DNA of 64,000 nucleotides, from the NCBI GenBank assembly GCA_965113315.1, contig OZ220364.1. The stretch is one strand, 5' to 3'. The stretch comes from Podarcis vaucheri. Taxonomy: Eukaryota. The notes beneath the pieces were generated by a model. It was given only the letters and a program-made list of their open reading frames with translations. It had not been told where the DNA came from and searched no databases. A program made the translations under genes and the position numbers. Positions 25,672 through 37,881 of the stretch are shown here, piece by piece (within the stretch, counting starts at the first letter, position 1; each line of letters starts with the position of its first letter).

Positions 25672-25872
25672 AAGACCGTGGCTCCTTAAGCTTGGACCTG
25701 GGAGACCAGGATTCAAATCCCCACTCAGCCAGAAAGTTCTTTGGGCCACTCAGAGTCTCTTAGCCTAACCTACCCTGCAACGTCGTTGTTAGGGGGGAAA
25801 AGGCAAGAGGGGAAACCATGTGACCACCTTGAGCTCTTTGGAGGTAAAGTGGTCTATAAGTGTAATAATAAG
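25672..25872 (+). mobile_element. Squam3/Ther1-like SINE, diverged
   Basis: B-box GGATTCAAATCCC, ttgggccac, agcctaacctacc, accttgagctc, (TAA)n tail. Confidence 0.65.
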
Positions 25873-26516
25873 CAAACAAACATTCAAAATTAAAACAAAC
25901 ATGGGAAAAAATACAGCCATATGAAATAAGTGATCAAAGGGAGGGTACCAACACACAAACCCCACTGCCACAGGCAGCCAAGTTAAACAGACAATTCCTG
26001 GAAGTGAGCACTTGTTAAATTCTCAAAGGGTATGTAATAAGTTCATTATATTTCTTGGTAACCAAAAAAAAAAGGGGAGCAGTGTTGCCAGTTATTCGAG
26101 GATGATGCATCAATATTCTGTATATCCATTTATATTTCAAAGGCTTCTCCCAGTCTCATGTGTCAAGCCAATGGGCTGGGCCACCTTTTATCATCTCTAT
26201 AGGGCCTGCCCACCCAACTGCAGCATACATCTCACACACAAAACCCAAGAACCAATCATGCAGTTTTGCCCTACACTCCTCAGATTTTAGGCACCCAGGC
26301 AGCAATGAGGTGGGGTTGGAAGAGGTGGAACCAGTATGCGGGTTCCATGTGTCAGACTGGATGGAGTCTCTTCTAAGCTGGCCCTTTGCTTCTTAAAAAG
26401 AAGAAGAAGCAAAACTGTTTTAATATCTGGACAGAATTAGAATGAAAATGCTCAGAGCACAACCCTAGAACAGAGGTATTACCAACAGAAGTAAACTGTG
26501 CCTTAATTTTTAGCTA

Positions 26517-26651
<135 letters not shown>

Positions 26652-27277
26652 TCACATCTACATAACATTCCATTCTGGCATGGCTATTCATTTTACTATA
26701 TATAATTACGAGGAAACAGGCAGCAAAGAGTATCAATCATTTGCACCATGTCCTTTGAATTTGCTCTCTTCCCTGCAACTTTTCCTATTAAACACCGAGA
26801 CCCCAAGGCAGGAAAGTGCAATGTGATTGCACAAGCCAACACCTATCAACTCCCTTACTGAACAGCCAGGGAGGAAATATAAAAAGTACCCTGGCTGTTG
26901 AGCTGGCAAGGTGCTATAATAAAAGCAACACAGTAAATCCCTAGGCTCAGAGGTCCACGTCCGTGGCACTGCTGATCAGAAATCAAAGCCAAAATCTCGC
27001 CCCAGCTGAAGCAAATGAGTACTCTGTTTGCTCAACGGAAGAGTGAAAATGGGATTTATAAATAAACTGTGGCAGTAGAAGTAGTGATTCCTCCAGGGGA
27101 ATGTTTCCCATGATCACCTCAAGCATACACCTCTAGTGGCTATACTGCAAACTGCTCAAAGATGGCCAGACATCACACTCTGCTATGGTCCTCTGCTAGC
27201 CACACTGCTGCAATGAAGTTTTTTGGGTGAACAAATGTACCCACTTGGTACTGCTGATGCCTTTTTTAAAATTAGAA

Positions 27278-27411
27278 TGGTCTTTCTCAACCTTGGGTCC
27301 TCGGATGTTGTTGGACTACAACTCCCATCACCCCCAGCTAGCAGGAACCAGTTCAAGGATGATGTGAGTTGTAGTCCAACAACATCTGGGGACCCAAGGT
27401 TGAGAAAGGCT
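27278..27411. mobile_element. Palindromic hAT-type MITE
   Basis: ttctcaaccttgggtcc..gatgttgttggactacaactc pairs with gagttgtagtccaacaacatc..ggacccaaggttgagaa. Confidence 0.8.
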
Positions 27412-28518
27412 GCATTTGAAGCTTAATCTCAGCAGGCAGGGAGAATGTTTTAAGGGCTATTGTCACCTGCAGTATGAGAAAACCATGAATTATGATGCCA
27501 GAGTACATCTGACATGCGCCCCCCTCCCCAGCAACTGATTTGGCAAGCAGCACATGCATAGCCTGAACCATCTTAGAGAATCAGACACCATGGTGCCCCC
27601 TTCCTTGTGGCTGTAGAGTGAAAAAGAGAAAAGAAAAGGCAAGCCCCAAATGACTCCTCAGAGAACTCTTAAGAGAGGAGGCAGTGAAAGGCCAAGGCAA
27701 TATTCCATCCTTGCATCACTTTTCATTTCCTCTCTATTGCTCTCCTTTCCCTGCGGGAAATTGCATTAATAAAATAATGAATTATAGATGCCATTATTTT
27801 TATTCAACCTTTGATATTCTTTGGGAAAGAAGTAGGGAGATGGCATATTGGCTGTCTTGTTTGTCAGAAGTTAATTCTTGAAATACAACCCAAAGTTTCT
27901 TAAAAAGCAGAAGTAATTGGAATAGTAAACTGTAAAACTGAACTATTAAAAAAGCATGTTATGGGGAGCACCTCACACAGAAATAACTTAACTTTTAGTA
28001 TTTTGAGAAGACGCTTGGTGTAGTTACTACCACACATAAGATGTGAATGTAATTTTCTGAGCAGCACCATAAATAATTGTGCATCCAATTTGGTTTTAGA
28101 CTCTAGAGTTGATTAAAAGAAACTTTTAAAAAACCTAAATAAAAATGTAGTTAACATTAAACTACCAAAACAGAATAAAAAAACGCAAGGTGTTGTGCAT
28201 GTTAAAGAAATGTTTGAAAACATGATATTCATTTGCGAATGCTGACAATCCCTGACTAATTTTGTTAATGGTGAAAAACTTAAGAGATATTTCATCAGTG
28301 AAGCACAGTTACACCTGGACTAAAATATATGTATATATGTATATTTAGATAGTAACAAAATTTATCTGGGATTACCAGCATGCAGATGTAAATGTCAACA
28401 ATCATAAATTGTGAACATTCAGTATAATGGTATGAGACTTTAAAAAATGTTTACCAAGCAAAAGTAAGATTCCCCCCCCCCCACCAAGTGAAAGGAAAAG
28501 CTATGAACTCCCCCTGCC

Positions 28519-28647
28519 CAGTCCCTTTTTTCTGGGGATACTCAAGAGTATGCAGTGCCAGAACCTTCCCCCCAAATGTTAGCAACTTACTGTAACAACT
28601 TTGTGGTGAGTACTGACACCTTTTTTTCTACCAAAAAAAACCCCCTG
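28519..28647. mobile_element. hAT-type MITE (second family), diverged copy of 45587-45715
   Basis: CAG...CTG ends; 8-bp TSD CCCCTGCC / CCTCTGCC; shared internal motifs tactca, tatgcagt, tggtgagtac. Confidence 0.7.
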
Positions 28648-29714
28648 CCTCTGCCCAGCTGATCCTGCCCATTGAGGTCAGCCTTAACATAACCTCTTTG
28701 TCACACAGGGTGCTTTCACACAAGCTGCTTAATGAACATTCAGCCTGATTTGCTTGCAGGGACATTAGATGATTTTTAAAAAATGGAGCATCCATTCCTA
28801 TTTATTTGTGGGGACTTTAGACGATGTTGCATCAAAGGAAGTGTCATTTCACACTTTCCAGTGTGTTTTCCCATCACCTTCCTTGTTGCAAAAACCCCCA
28901 GTATTTTGGAGAAGTGGGCTTGTTTCACAAGAGCTCCAAATCAGCCTTAATTATGCAACCTGAATTTGCCAGGGGGTGACTGAATCCCACCCAAAAACAG
29001 AGACAGACTGGAAGCACCCACAGTTTGGCATAAATGTAGCAAAGGTGCAACAGATTGAGCTTGAGTTTGAACGGCCATTCCCAAGGAGAGAGCAAGTCAC
29101 TGGAAAACAAGCACAATCTTAGCGGTCTAAATATAGATAGAGATGCTGCTAAAACAATGGCTGAGGGGAAAACCAAGAACAAAATTGAACTTTAGGTAAG
29201 AGGCTCTTTGCACGCCTGAGTGGAACCACACAACTCTCCTGCCATGGTTGGAGAAACACACAGGGAAATTGCAAAGAGGAAATAGAAGGCCATGGATTTC
29301 AAGGGCACATAGAGAAAAGACAATTCCAAATAGAATTCTGATGCTGTCCCAAATGCATCAAAATTTGAAAAGCCTCTGAAGCAGTTCTTTTCAAGTGTCT
29401 TCCTTGAGCCCAAGCCTATGACTGTAATATCTGTCCATTCTCCAAAAATTAAAGCATTTAGACACATATTAACATCAATGGAAGTGTGAGTTCCTCCTCT
29501 TGAATTGTTTCTTAATGTAAAGTTATCAGAACATTGCCCGTTCCTCGCCTTCTCAGAGTGCCTCAGTCTACCACAAAGTGGACTATTCTGGGAAAGAGCA
29601 GGGAATAGCTCACACAATATCCACACCTTGTGGAGGCGAAGCAGGGAATTTACTTTGTATTTAAATGGTGTGAGAGCAGCATGACAAGGAAGATGCTCTT
29701 GAGGAACCTCTTCA

Positions 29715-29842
29715 GAAGCACCTAAACCATGGATGTTGCTGGGCTCCAACTGCCATCACCCCTGGCCATTGGCCATGATGTCTATGGTGTATATGAGTTT
29801 GAATTCAACAACCTTTGAAGGACTCTGGGTTCCCCACCCCTG
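29715..29842. mobile_element. Degenerate palindromic hAT-type MITE
   Basis: gatgttgctgggctccaactgccatca ... gaattcaacaacctttgaagg...ttccccacccctg. Confidence 0.5.
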
Positions 29843-31136
29843 GCATAAATGGTTTTCATGTGAAAAATGCATCCATGACCCAGTGATCCCATGCATACTG
29901 GAACAAAACTACATTGAACCTGCATAGGGTGGGAGTGTTTAAAAAGGAAACTTGCCTTCAAACAGGCTGCATAAAACTTTTGCACATTCCTGGGGGGGGG
30001 GGAGAGCAAGCAAGGAGGAAATGCTCTGCAGCTCAGCATCCCAAATGCACCTATAGTACTCTCCAAACACATTTCCCGTTATCTCTGATTGCACAGCTAT
30101 GTTGCACTGCGGTGCGTCTAAAACACTGAGCCACAGCAGGTTCTCCTTCAAAAGCATCCAAAATTAAAACCTTATTCTACGGAGGAAAACATGATGGTTG
30201 TTCGTGATAAATTTATCAGCCTGGTTCAGACATAGCGCTAAGCCAGAGAAACTTGGTTATGTATGGGCAGCATATCAATACCGTCAATAAATAAATAAAT
30301 TTATGACTCCACGCCACAGTGAGCTTCTTATTCACTGAGTCCCTGTTCCCCTTCCCTAGAAAGACAGGAAGGTGACACAATGGGCCAGATTATTTGTCCA
30401 GTTAGCATTGCCTACTCTTACTGGCTGCAGCTCTCTAAAACCTCAAGTACAGGCCTTTCCCATCACATGCTGCATGATCCATTTAGTTGGGGATATGAGG
30501 AATGGAATCCCAGACCTTTAGAATGCAAAGCATATATTCGACCACTGAGCTTTGGCCTCTGCTTGAATCCATCGCACACAAAGAAAAACTGGAATAAAAA
30601 GGTTCCACTTTTGATTTTGAATAAATCATAGTTTCTCACTCAGAGAAACTGTGATTGGTTCCTACTACGAATAACAAACCAGATCCTGAAACCATCAGTT
30701 GATCCTGGCAACTTTGAACTAACCTTTGTGAGATAGTTTCCCCATGTTCAGACATAATGGTAAACTGTGGTTCATTCAAAACTAAAAGTGGATGTTTTCA
30801 AACTCCTCTCCTGGCACATGAAAGAAGAATGGTATAGCATGCAAGAGGAACCTTTGAATGAGACCACCACTCTAGTTAAAAGCTGGGCCACAAGGTGCAG
30901 ATGAAGAACACCTATAGTTAATCTGGCCTGCTGTAGAGTCATCTGTCATTCATGCCTTAATTCAACAGAAGCACAGAGCTAAGGTAAGATATATATATTT
31001 TTGCCTCAGACTGTTTTCCATCTCATAGTGACATGGTGGCTTCCTAAAGCCTGCACTGCTCACCTAGGAGACAGTATTTTGCTACAGGTTTGCATGCGTG
31101 AGGATACTATTATAGCAAGAAACAATTGGCTCTTAC

Positions 31137-31174
31137 CCTGTTCATCCAGCAAGATGTTATCAGGCTTTATGTCC
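31137..31174 (-). CDS. STK32A: STK32A exon 6: DIKPDNILLDEQ(G), catalytic loop
   Basis: tttag|G GAC ATA ... CAG G|gtaag; 38 nt. Confidence 0.95.
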
Positions 31175-32965
31175 CTAAAATAAAAGATGGAGAGAGAGAG
31201 AAAGAGAGAGAGAAGGTTCCAGTAGTAGTTAGTATTATATCGGGGAGGGGGGGGATTTACTGCAGCATGATCACGTTCCTCGTAAAAACTGAAGGACACC
31301 CAAATCACTCTTAGCAATCTATAGAATGATCCTCAAGTCCTTCTGCTACATGCCACCCACTGATTGTAATCATACCTGCAGTTAAAACTCTGTAAAATGA
31401 ACAAAGAGCCCATATGTCCCATTTAGTAATACAGGGACAACTTCTGATCTTTCACTCTGGGCACAATCAACTTGATTTGTCTACAAATAACTTTTTAATT
31501 GCCCATCAACTTCCTCAACAGCTGTAATGCATTGCAGAAAGTGCTTCTGGCCATGTCCTCTATTGAGCAACATTATTTCCCCCTTCTCGTTCCTTTCCCC
31601 TTATTTCTTTGTGTGAAGTTTGATGAAGAGTTCTGTGACACTTGAAAGTGATTGCACTACTTTTTAAAATAGTCCTTATAAAGATATTATACTACCGACC
31701 ATGTTTGGATTCTCCCCACCACCACCAATAGAACTGCTTGCAGTTGTCTCCCCCATTTTGTGGTTGAAATGCCAAAGAGCCCAGTAAACATATGAGGCCA
31801 TTGATTTATTAGTCCTGTTAGCAGAAGCATGCACAAGGATTTCTGCTAGTGCAACAAGGCTTCTCCCATGTCTCTCAAATATAGCACTGGGGGAGTTGGA
31901 AGAACCCATAGAATGGTGTGCAGGGGGAGGAGAGAGGAGAATGTTCTGTTGAACTGAAATGCTTGAGCTGAAAGAATATTTACCTTCGCACAACAATGAA
32001 TTTCTCCCATGGCTATTAAGATTTGAAAAGTGTTAAAATAGAATATATTGGTGCAACATTATTGAACATTATTGGTTGAATCCAAGGTGCCCATGCAGTT
32101 CCCCTAATGGGACAGGACTTCTCCTTCCTCTCCTTACACACTCTCAAAATCTGCTCTACAGAGTCTTCCAATCTGAAGACTATCCCAAAAAAATGGCAAC
32201 AGGAACTAGGTATTACCATCCCAAATGAAATGCATAATAATCGCACCATACTCCTTCTCCCCCAACGTTACTGTCCAAACATAAGGTTTGCCATTTCCCT
32301 TGAACATCCTGATTGTCTTCTGGGATAACTAATGTAATCCCAAGTATAAACTCCAAGACACTCTATATATTATAGATTACTGTAAACACTAGAGCACCTT
32401 TTCCTTTTCAATTTTGTATTTTTTAAATATCCTTTTCCTTTCAGTGTTTTAGAAGTATGACCCAGATAGGCAGACAGAGCTCCATCAGGATATGGAACCC
32501 AATTTCACTGATTTTTCACTTGGAACAAACACAGCAGGAAACACAACTTCTATTGGCTTTGACTTTTCAGCTGCTTTCCTTAATGCATCAGGCTCTTTTT
32601 CCCAAAAGCAAAGTACCCTTGGCAAGACATTTAGGACATGCTTAGTCCATTGAAAGCACTTTTACAACAATGAACAAAAGCTTCTATCATGTAAGGTGCG
32701 ATTGCAGGAAGACTGTAATGGCAAAAAAAGTTCAGTGTTCTTTTTGAACTTATCGACTGACATACTTCCGACTAGGCCACCTCCATGACAACATAATGTA
32801 CGTTCTGGATGTGACTTCTACATCTTCTTTTATATGTGAATGTTGGTACTCACCATGATAAGTTCCTTATCTGTAGGGAGAAACATGATCCTATGTGGGT
32901 TGTCACTACCCATCTCACCACTGGCAAGAAGTAACTTTTTTAAAAAAAAGTTTATCTAGCTTGTA

Positions 32966-33309
32966 AGGGATGTGGGTGGCGCTGTGGTCTAAACCACAGA
33001 GCCTAGGGCTTGCCGATCAGAAGGTCGACAGTTCAAATCCCAGCGACAGGGAGAGCTCCCGTTGCTTGGTCCCTGCTCCTGCCCACCTAGCAGTTCAAAA
33101 GCACGTCAAGTGCAACTAGATAAATAGGTACCGCTCCACTGGGAAGGTAAAACGGCGTTTCTGTGCACTGCTCTGGTTTTGCTAGAAGCAGCTTAGTCAT
33201 GCTGGCCACATGACCCGGAAGCTGTCTGTGGACAAACGCCGGCTCCCTCGGCCTATAGAGTGAGATGAGTGTGCAACCCCAGAGTCGTCCGCAACTGGGT
33301 ACCTTTACC
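32966..33309 (+). mobile_element. Sauria SINE (Squam1), near full length
   Basis: GGTGGCGCTGTGGTCTAAACCAC head, B-box GTTCAAATCC, (ACCTTT)n tail, 15-bp TSD TTTATCTAGCTTGTA (32951-32965, 33310-33324). Confidence 0.92.
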
Positions 33310-33524
33310 TTTATCTAGCTTGTATACTCATGAAGGTGGAAGGCGAAGGTCAAATGGCCACCCAGAGGAGCTCAGGTACCAAGTGCTGCCAAGGCAGTGG
33401 TGCTGCTAATGAGATGGATTGCGATTCCCAATTATGCCCCCCATAGGACCCCCCACATACCACCTGGTGAAGCAGATCCTGATCCCACCTGCCAATGATG
33501 CTGGGAACATAGACATACAGACAT

Positions 33525-33830
33525 CATTTTATTTGTATGCCACCTTTCCACAGTTCAAACCACACTCACGGTGACTTACAACATGAAAAAACCCCACATA
33601 ACTACAACAAAAGTAGTCATAAACAGGAAGCAAAACATTAAAAAAATATAACCACACTGAACAATTTCCACATAAATCATAACAGGATCTAAAACAAAGA
33701 TACAAAAAACCAACAGCAGCTCTCCAGCCCAAGAGTCTGTTCAACAACCTCTGCTTTTGCAGCTGGAGTCAGTCCAGGCTCTGCCCTCCCCGGCCAGGTG
33801 GGGAAAGGCCTTCCAGGACTCCCAGCCAAG
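33525..33830 (-). mobile_element. Degenerate L2-type LINE 3' end
   Basis: tttatttgtatgccacctttcc...ggtgacttaca tail motif, A-rich spacer, then ggggaaaggccttcca motif. Confidence 0.45.
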
Positions 33831-35123
33831 ATGGGTGCTTACTGCCAGTCAACCCTGCAATTTAATAGCTTTTGGGTTCTTTTTGTATTTCCCTTTTAAT
33901 AATTTCTGTAGGCTTCCCTGCCAGTGTAACAATAGATTCCCAGTACACCTGGTGTCTTGTGGGAAGCTTGTGAAATTCTGCATAAAAGCATTGAGTTTAC
34001 AGCTAAAATGGTTGTAACTCCTGGAGAGTTGCCCGATCTTTCCATTTCCAAGAGCAGCACTTATGCGTCTGGCTGTGGCTCTTGGGAAGGAAGAGCCGAC
34101 CCTGGAGAATGAACCCTCCTCTAAGGGTGGGTAGCTTTCCTAGATCAGGAGCGACTGAATGCTGCCGCTCCCGTGGCCAGAACAGAGCTACACAAGGGGA
34201 GGCCTTCTGCCTCTTGGCTCTGGATGGGAGGGAGCACATCCTGGCCTCTGATGTGCAGGAGATCCTGATGGCCCTGCACACATCCAGTGTGCCATTCCTT
34301 CCCCCTGTCGGACTTTGGGTAGGGGGAAAGGAGGACCTCTCTTGAGCCCTGTGAAAGATGGAATTACCCTTTGGGATGAAGCTGGGGTCTAATCACAGTG
34401 TGACAGGAGCCTTCTGAATGATACATGACTCCTCACAGATGAAAAGAGTTGATGAAAGAAGCATTTGACCAAGGAGAGAGAACCCCAGGGGTTCCAGCCC
34501 TGGCCCAGGCTGCCACCCATCTGAGGATGCATTCAAGATTACATTGCTGCCACCCCCACTGCACCCCAAATCAGTGTATTTTAAGAGCAGTTGTCATAGC
34601 TATTTTCTATTGAAGGAAAAATCGCCCAAATTCCTAAATGGTACCTCAGCAGCAAAGTTATCCTAATTACTCAGTTGCATTAGCTGCTATGTTCATACGT
34701 TCATGTGAACAAGCCCATGTTGTATGAAGTTAATTCCCCACCCTTTTGTTGTAGCTGTTGCATTAGCAACATCATCCAGGCCACATAAAAAGTATTTGTC
34801 AGTCTTGCCATGAGCTACTGATAAAAACAGTGACAGCCACTCACGCAGCATCTACGTACGAGGAACAGCTGGCTGTCTCTGTCCTACTTACAGACAGCAA
34901 CAAGCAACAACCAGTTTGTCATTCTAGTCCACAGCAACCAAAACAAAAGTCTGCATCAGCTGAAAGAAATATGATGCAAGTCTCCAGTACCTCTTAGTAA
35001 TATCACTTAATTTAGAAAAGGCTGCCATTTCCACAGAAGAAACCTAACAGCAATTTAAAAGCAAAGAAAGGATGTGAAAAAGCTTAAAAAACAACAACCA
35101 GCCTGCACCATGTTCACTGCTAT

Positions 35124-35370
35124 TAGGGATGGGCAAATCTGTCCATTTTAGTTTCACATTTTACCAGTCTTCTACTTAGTTCTCCACATGAGTTTACAGA
35201 AAACTTTTAAGTCTTTATGAAAATTCATCAGTATTTTAGTGCAAACGTTTTTCAAATATTATTTTTGTGTGTGCAATTCTGCCTTATGCACACATTTCTG
35301 TAATGCATATTTCCCCTAATACTTATGTTTTCCCCAATACGTGTTTTTATATATAGTTAGCCTCACATAA
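35124..35370. mobile_element. Old non-autonomous DNA transposon fragment (TAGGGATGGG terminus)
   Basis: Begins TAGGGATGGGCAAATCTGTC; recalled as a common squamate repeat; opposite end not found. Confidence 0.4.
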
Positions 35371-35853
35371 CTAAGCACTTCTCTAACTGCAAAAGTTTCC
35401 AAAACGGAGCTGGGGGGGGGGGGGATTCCAGAGCCTGACATCTCTGATGCATTTGTGATTTCTTTCTTTTTTTCCTGAAGAATAGCCCAGGAACTTTTCA
35501 TGAATGTTTAATTGTGAGAAACAGCTGGGGGCAAAATAATTTCCCAGATGCAAGAAAGTATTGCTTGGCCACTTTGTGAAGTGCTCAGATTTTATATCTA
35601 AGCAAAGCTCTGCTGCATAGCTGAGATTGTCCCTGACCTCAAGCTGAGGTTTGGCGGTGCAGCACGAGGTCACAGACATGATGCCAGAGGAACAGAGTGC
35701 TGTTCACCACAATCTTTGAGATTTGTATATTTCGGCTTACACCATGTCTCAGCATAATTTCACCAACTGAACATTTCCTGTTCCCTGCCTCACAGCACAG
35801 ACTGCTGGCATAGGTGGGGATAATGAGGCCAAGACATGAGATAAGTCTAACTA

Positions 35854-36085
35854 CAGTGGTACCTTAGTTTCCAACTGTTTTGGATTACAACCGTTTTGGA
35901 TTACAGCCACGTCAAACCCGGAAGTGCTTGTCCCTTTTTTTGGATTACAACCCCCTTTTTTTTAAATTACAACCCAATTTTTTTCTGGAGGCCCCATTGG
36001 CGAAAGTATGCCTTGGGTTACAACCTGTTTTGGTTTACAACCGGACCTCCGGAAGAGATTATGGTTGTAAACCAAAGTACCACTG
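35854..36085. mobile_element. Tc1/mariner-type MITE A
   Basis: TA-CAGTGGTACCTTAGTTT ... AAACCAAAGTACCACTG-TA; internal repeats of (gg)ttacaacc. Confidence 0.88.
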
Positions 36086-36087
36086 TA

Positions 36088-36323
36088 CAGTGGAACCTTG
36101 GGTTACTTACTGTCCTCCTTACGAACACTTCAGATTATGAGCTCCACTAACCCGGAAGTAGGTGTTCCGGGTAGCAAACTTTGCCCCGGGATGCAAGAGG
36201 AAGTCGCACACCGGCGGCGCAGCAGGAAGCCCCATTAGCAAAAGTGCGCCTCAGGTTAAGAATGGTTTCGGATTAAGAATGGACCTCCAGAACAAATTAA
36301 GTTCGTAAACGGAGGTAACACCA
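36088..36323. mobile_element. Tc1/mariner-type MITE B (same family as 2162-2387)
   Basis: TA-CAGTGGAACCTTGGGTTAC start; shares ccccattagc, caggttaagaa, ggacctcc.gaac.aattaagt with 2162-2387; right TIR decayed. Confidence 0.82.
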
Positions 36324-36694
36324 TAGTTCCAGACCCTTGATCATCTTGGTTCTAGCCTTAGTAAGACTGCTGTGGGCACCTATTTGTCAGGGCACATAGT
36401 GTGTAGCACCTCATTTTCTGAAAAGGATGGATCTGAATGGATGGGTGCTTATTCACAGCTGCAATCCCTGTGCTAGCTGCTCCTCTGAGCAATGTGCTAT
36501 CTGCTGAAAAACATTTCACTGCTTGTAAAATCCATTCCCACATGGACAGTACCTGCTCCGGCATCACAGTGAAACATACTTATTCCTGTTCATTAGAAAA
36601 GGAAAGAGCAGAGATTTTATCCCTCACATCAGTCTAATGAAGGAGATTAGACCTAGTGTCACCACAGCAGTAAGGTAAAAGTGTCACTTCCATA

Positions 36695-37055
36695 GTTACA
36701 AGATTCTGGACAGAGAAAAGAAAGTATTTCTTTACTCAGCATACAGTTAAACTATGGAACTCACTCACACAGGAGACAGAGATAGCGACCAGCCTAGATG
36801 GCTTTCAAATAGGATTACAGAAATTCAAGGAGGAGAGCGCTATCAAGCCACAACTGCTATGCTCTGCCACCACAGCTGCAGGCAACAATGCTTCTGAATA
36901 TCAGTTGCTGGAAACCACAGAAGGGGAGAGTAGTCCTGTACTTGAATCCTGCTGGTGGGTTTCCTACAGGCATCTGGTAGGTCATTGTGAAATCAGGTTG
37001 CTGGCCTAGACAGGTTATTGGCCTGATCCAGCCGACTCTGTTTATGATCTTATGC
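36695..37055 (+). mobile_element. CR1-like LINE 3' end with 3' UTR
   Basis: aaaagaaagtatttctttactcagc...ctatggaactcact...ggcctgatccagc...cttatg tail; related copies at 40608-40920, 41790-42100 and 63530-63830. Confidence 0.65.
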
Positions 37056-37199
37056 TCCACAGAAATAATCAATCATACAGTCTGAGTGGGAGTTTTGTTT
37101 CTAATTGAAAAGTTAATGAAATTTAGCACAATCATAATTGCTATCATAGGAGTACGAAGCCTTTACATACAAACAAATTTTTGGAGCCAAGTGAGGATT

Positions 37200-37440
37200 C
37201 CCAGGTAAGATCCTCCCTCTATTGTGTGGGCAGGTAATCCCTCCCCTACCTGGCCTGGTCTCCTTGGCAACGCTTCCCCCAGGTGGGATTGGACAACTGA
37301 CTGAGGTAGGCAGAGACCTCCAGGTATCCCACCTGAGGGAAGGCAAAGCCAAGCCTATGCTGTTGGAGCCGCTCCAGATCTAGGGGCTGCGCGCGTCCAC
37401 GCAAAGGGCGCCCCCCGTTTTAAGCGTGGAGTGGTCATTA
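37200..37440. repeat. Unclassified GC-rich interspersed repeat, copy 2 of 2
   Basis: Similar to 13150-13320, with about 40 extra internal nt. Confidence 0.75.
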
Positions 37441-37834
37441 CATACAATCAAAATTCCCCAGAAATCAATTTAGGATTGAAACAGAACCATCTCTGGGGTA
37501 TAGCACAATCTCCTCAGTGGTACACAGCAAAAAAAAAAATGTTTTAAGAAAAACAAAATAAACGTTGCAGAGTTCCCGAAAGGTAAAAATCAAAGCACAG
37601 TTAAGAGAATCGCATTTGTAACCTTGGGGAAACTTTCAAAAATTTCACAGCAGAGTTAAGTGCAATTTTTAACGTGTTAACAGTAAAATAACAACCCAGC
37701 AAATACAGTTTAAATTCTTTTCTGTTTCAGAATGCATAGATAAACTAAGAAACTTAATCTATTCAGTTCAGTTTATTGTGTTTTACGGAATATCAACAGC
37801 TTATGTAAAAAAAAGTTAAATCTTTCATTCTAAT

Positions 37835-37836
<2 letters not shown>

Positions 37837-37881
<45 letters not shown>
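37837..37881. repeat. (ATT)n microsatellite
   Basis: About 15 ATT units. Confidence 0.95.

Noticed and set aside
33925-34405. Possible solo LTR (TGTAACA...TGTGACA) around a GC-rich block
   Set aside because: Flanks (CCAG vs GGAG) give no target-site duplication and boundaries cannot be supported.
35870-36075. Regularly repeated GGATTACAACC units resembling a CRISPR array
   Set aside because: Eukaryotic DNA; units are short, irregular subterminal repeats inside a TIR-bounded MITE; no cas genes.
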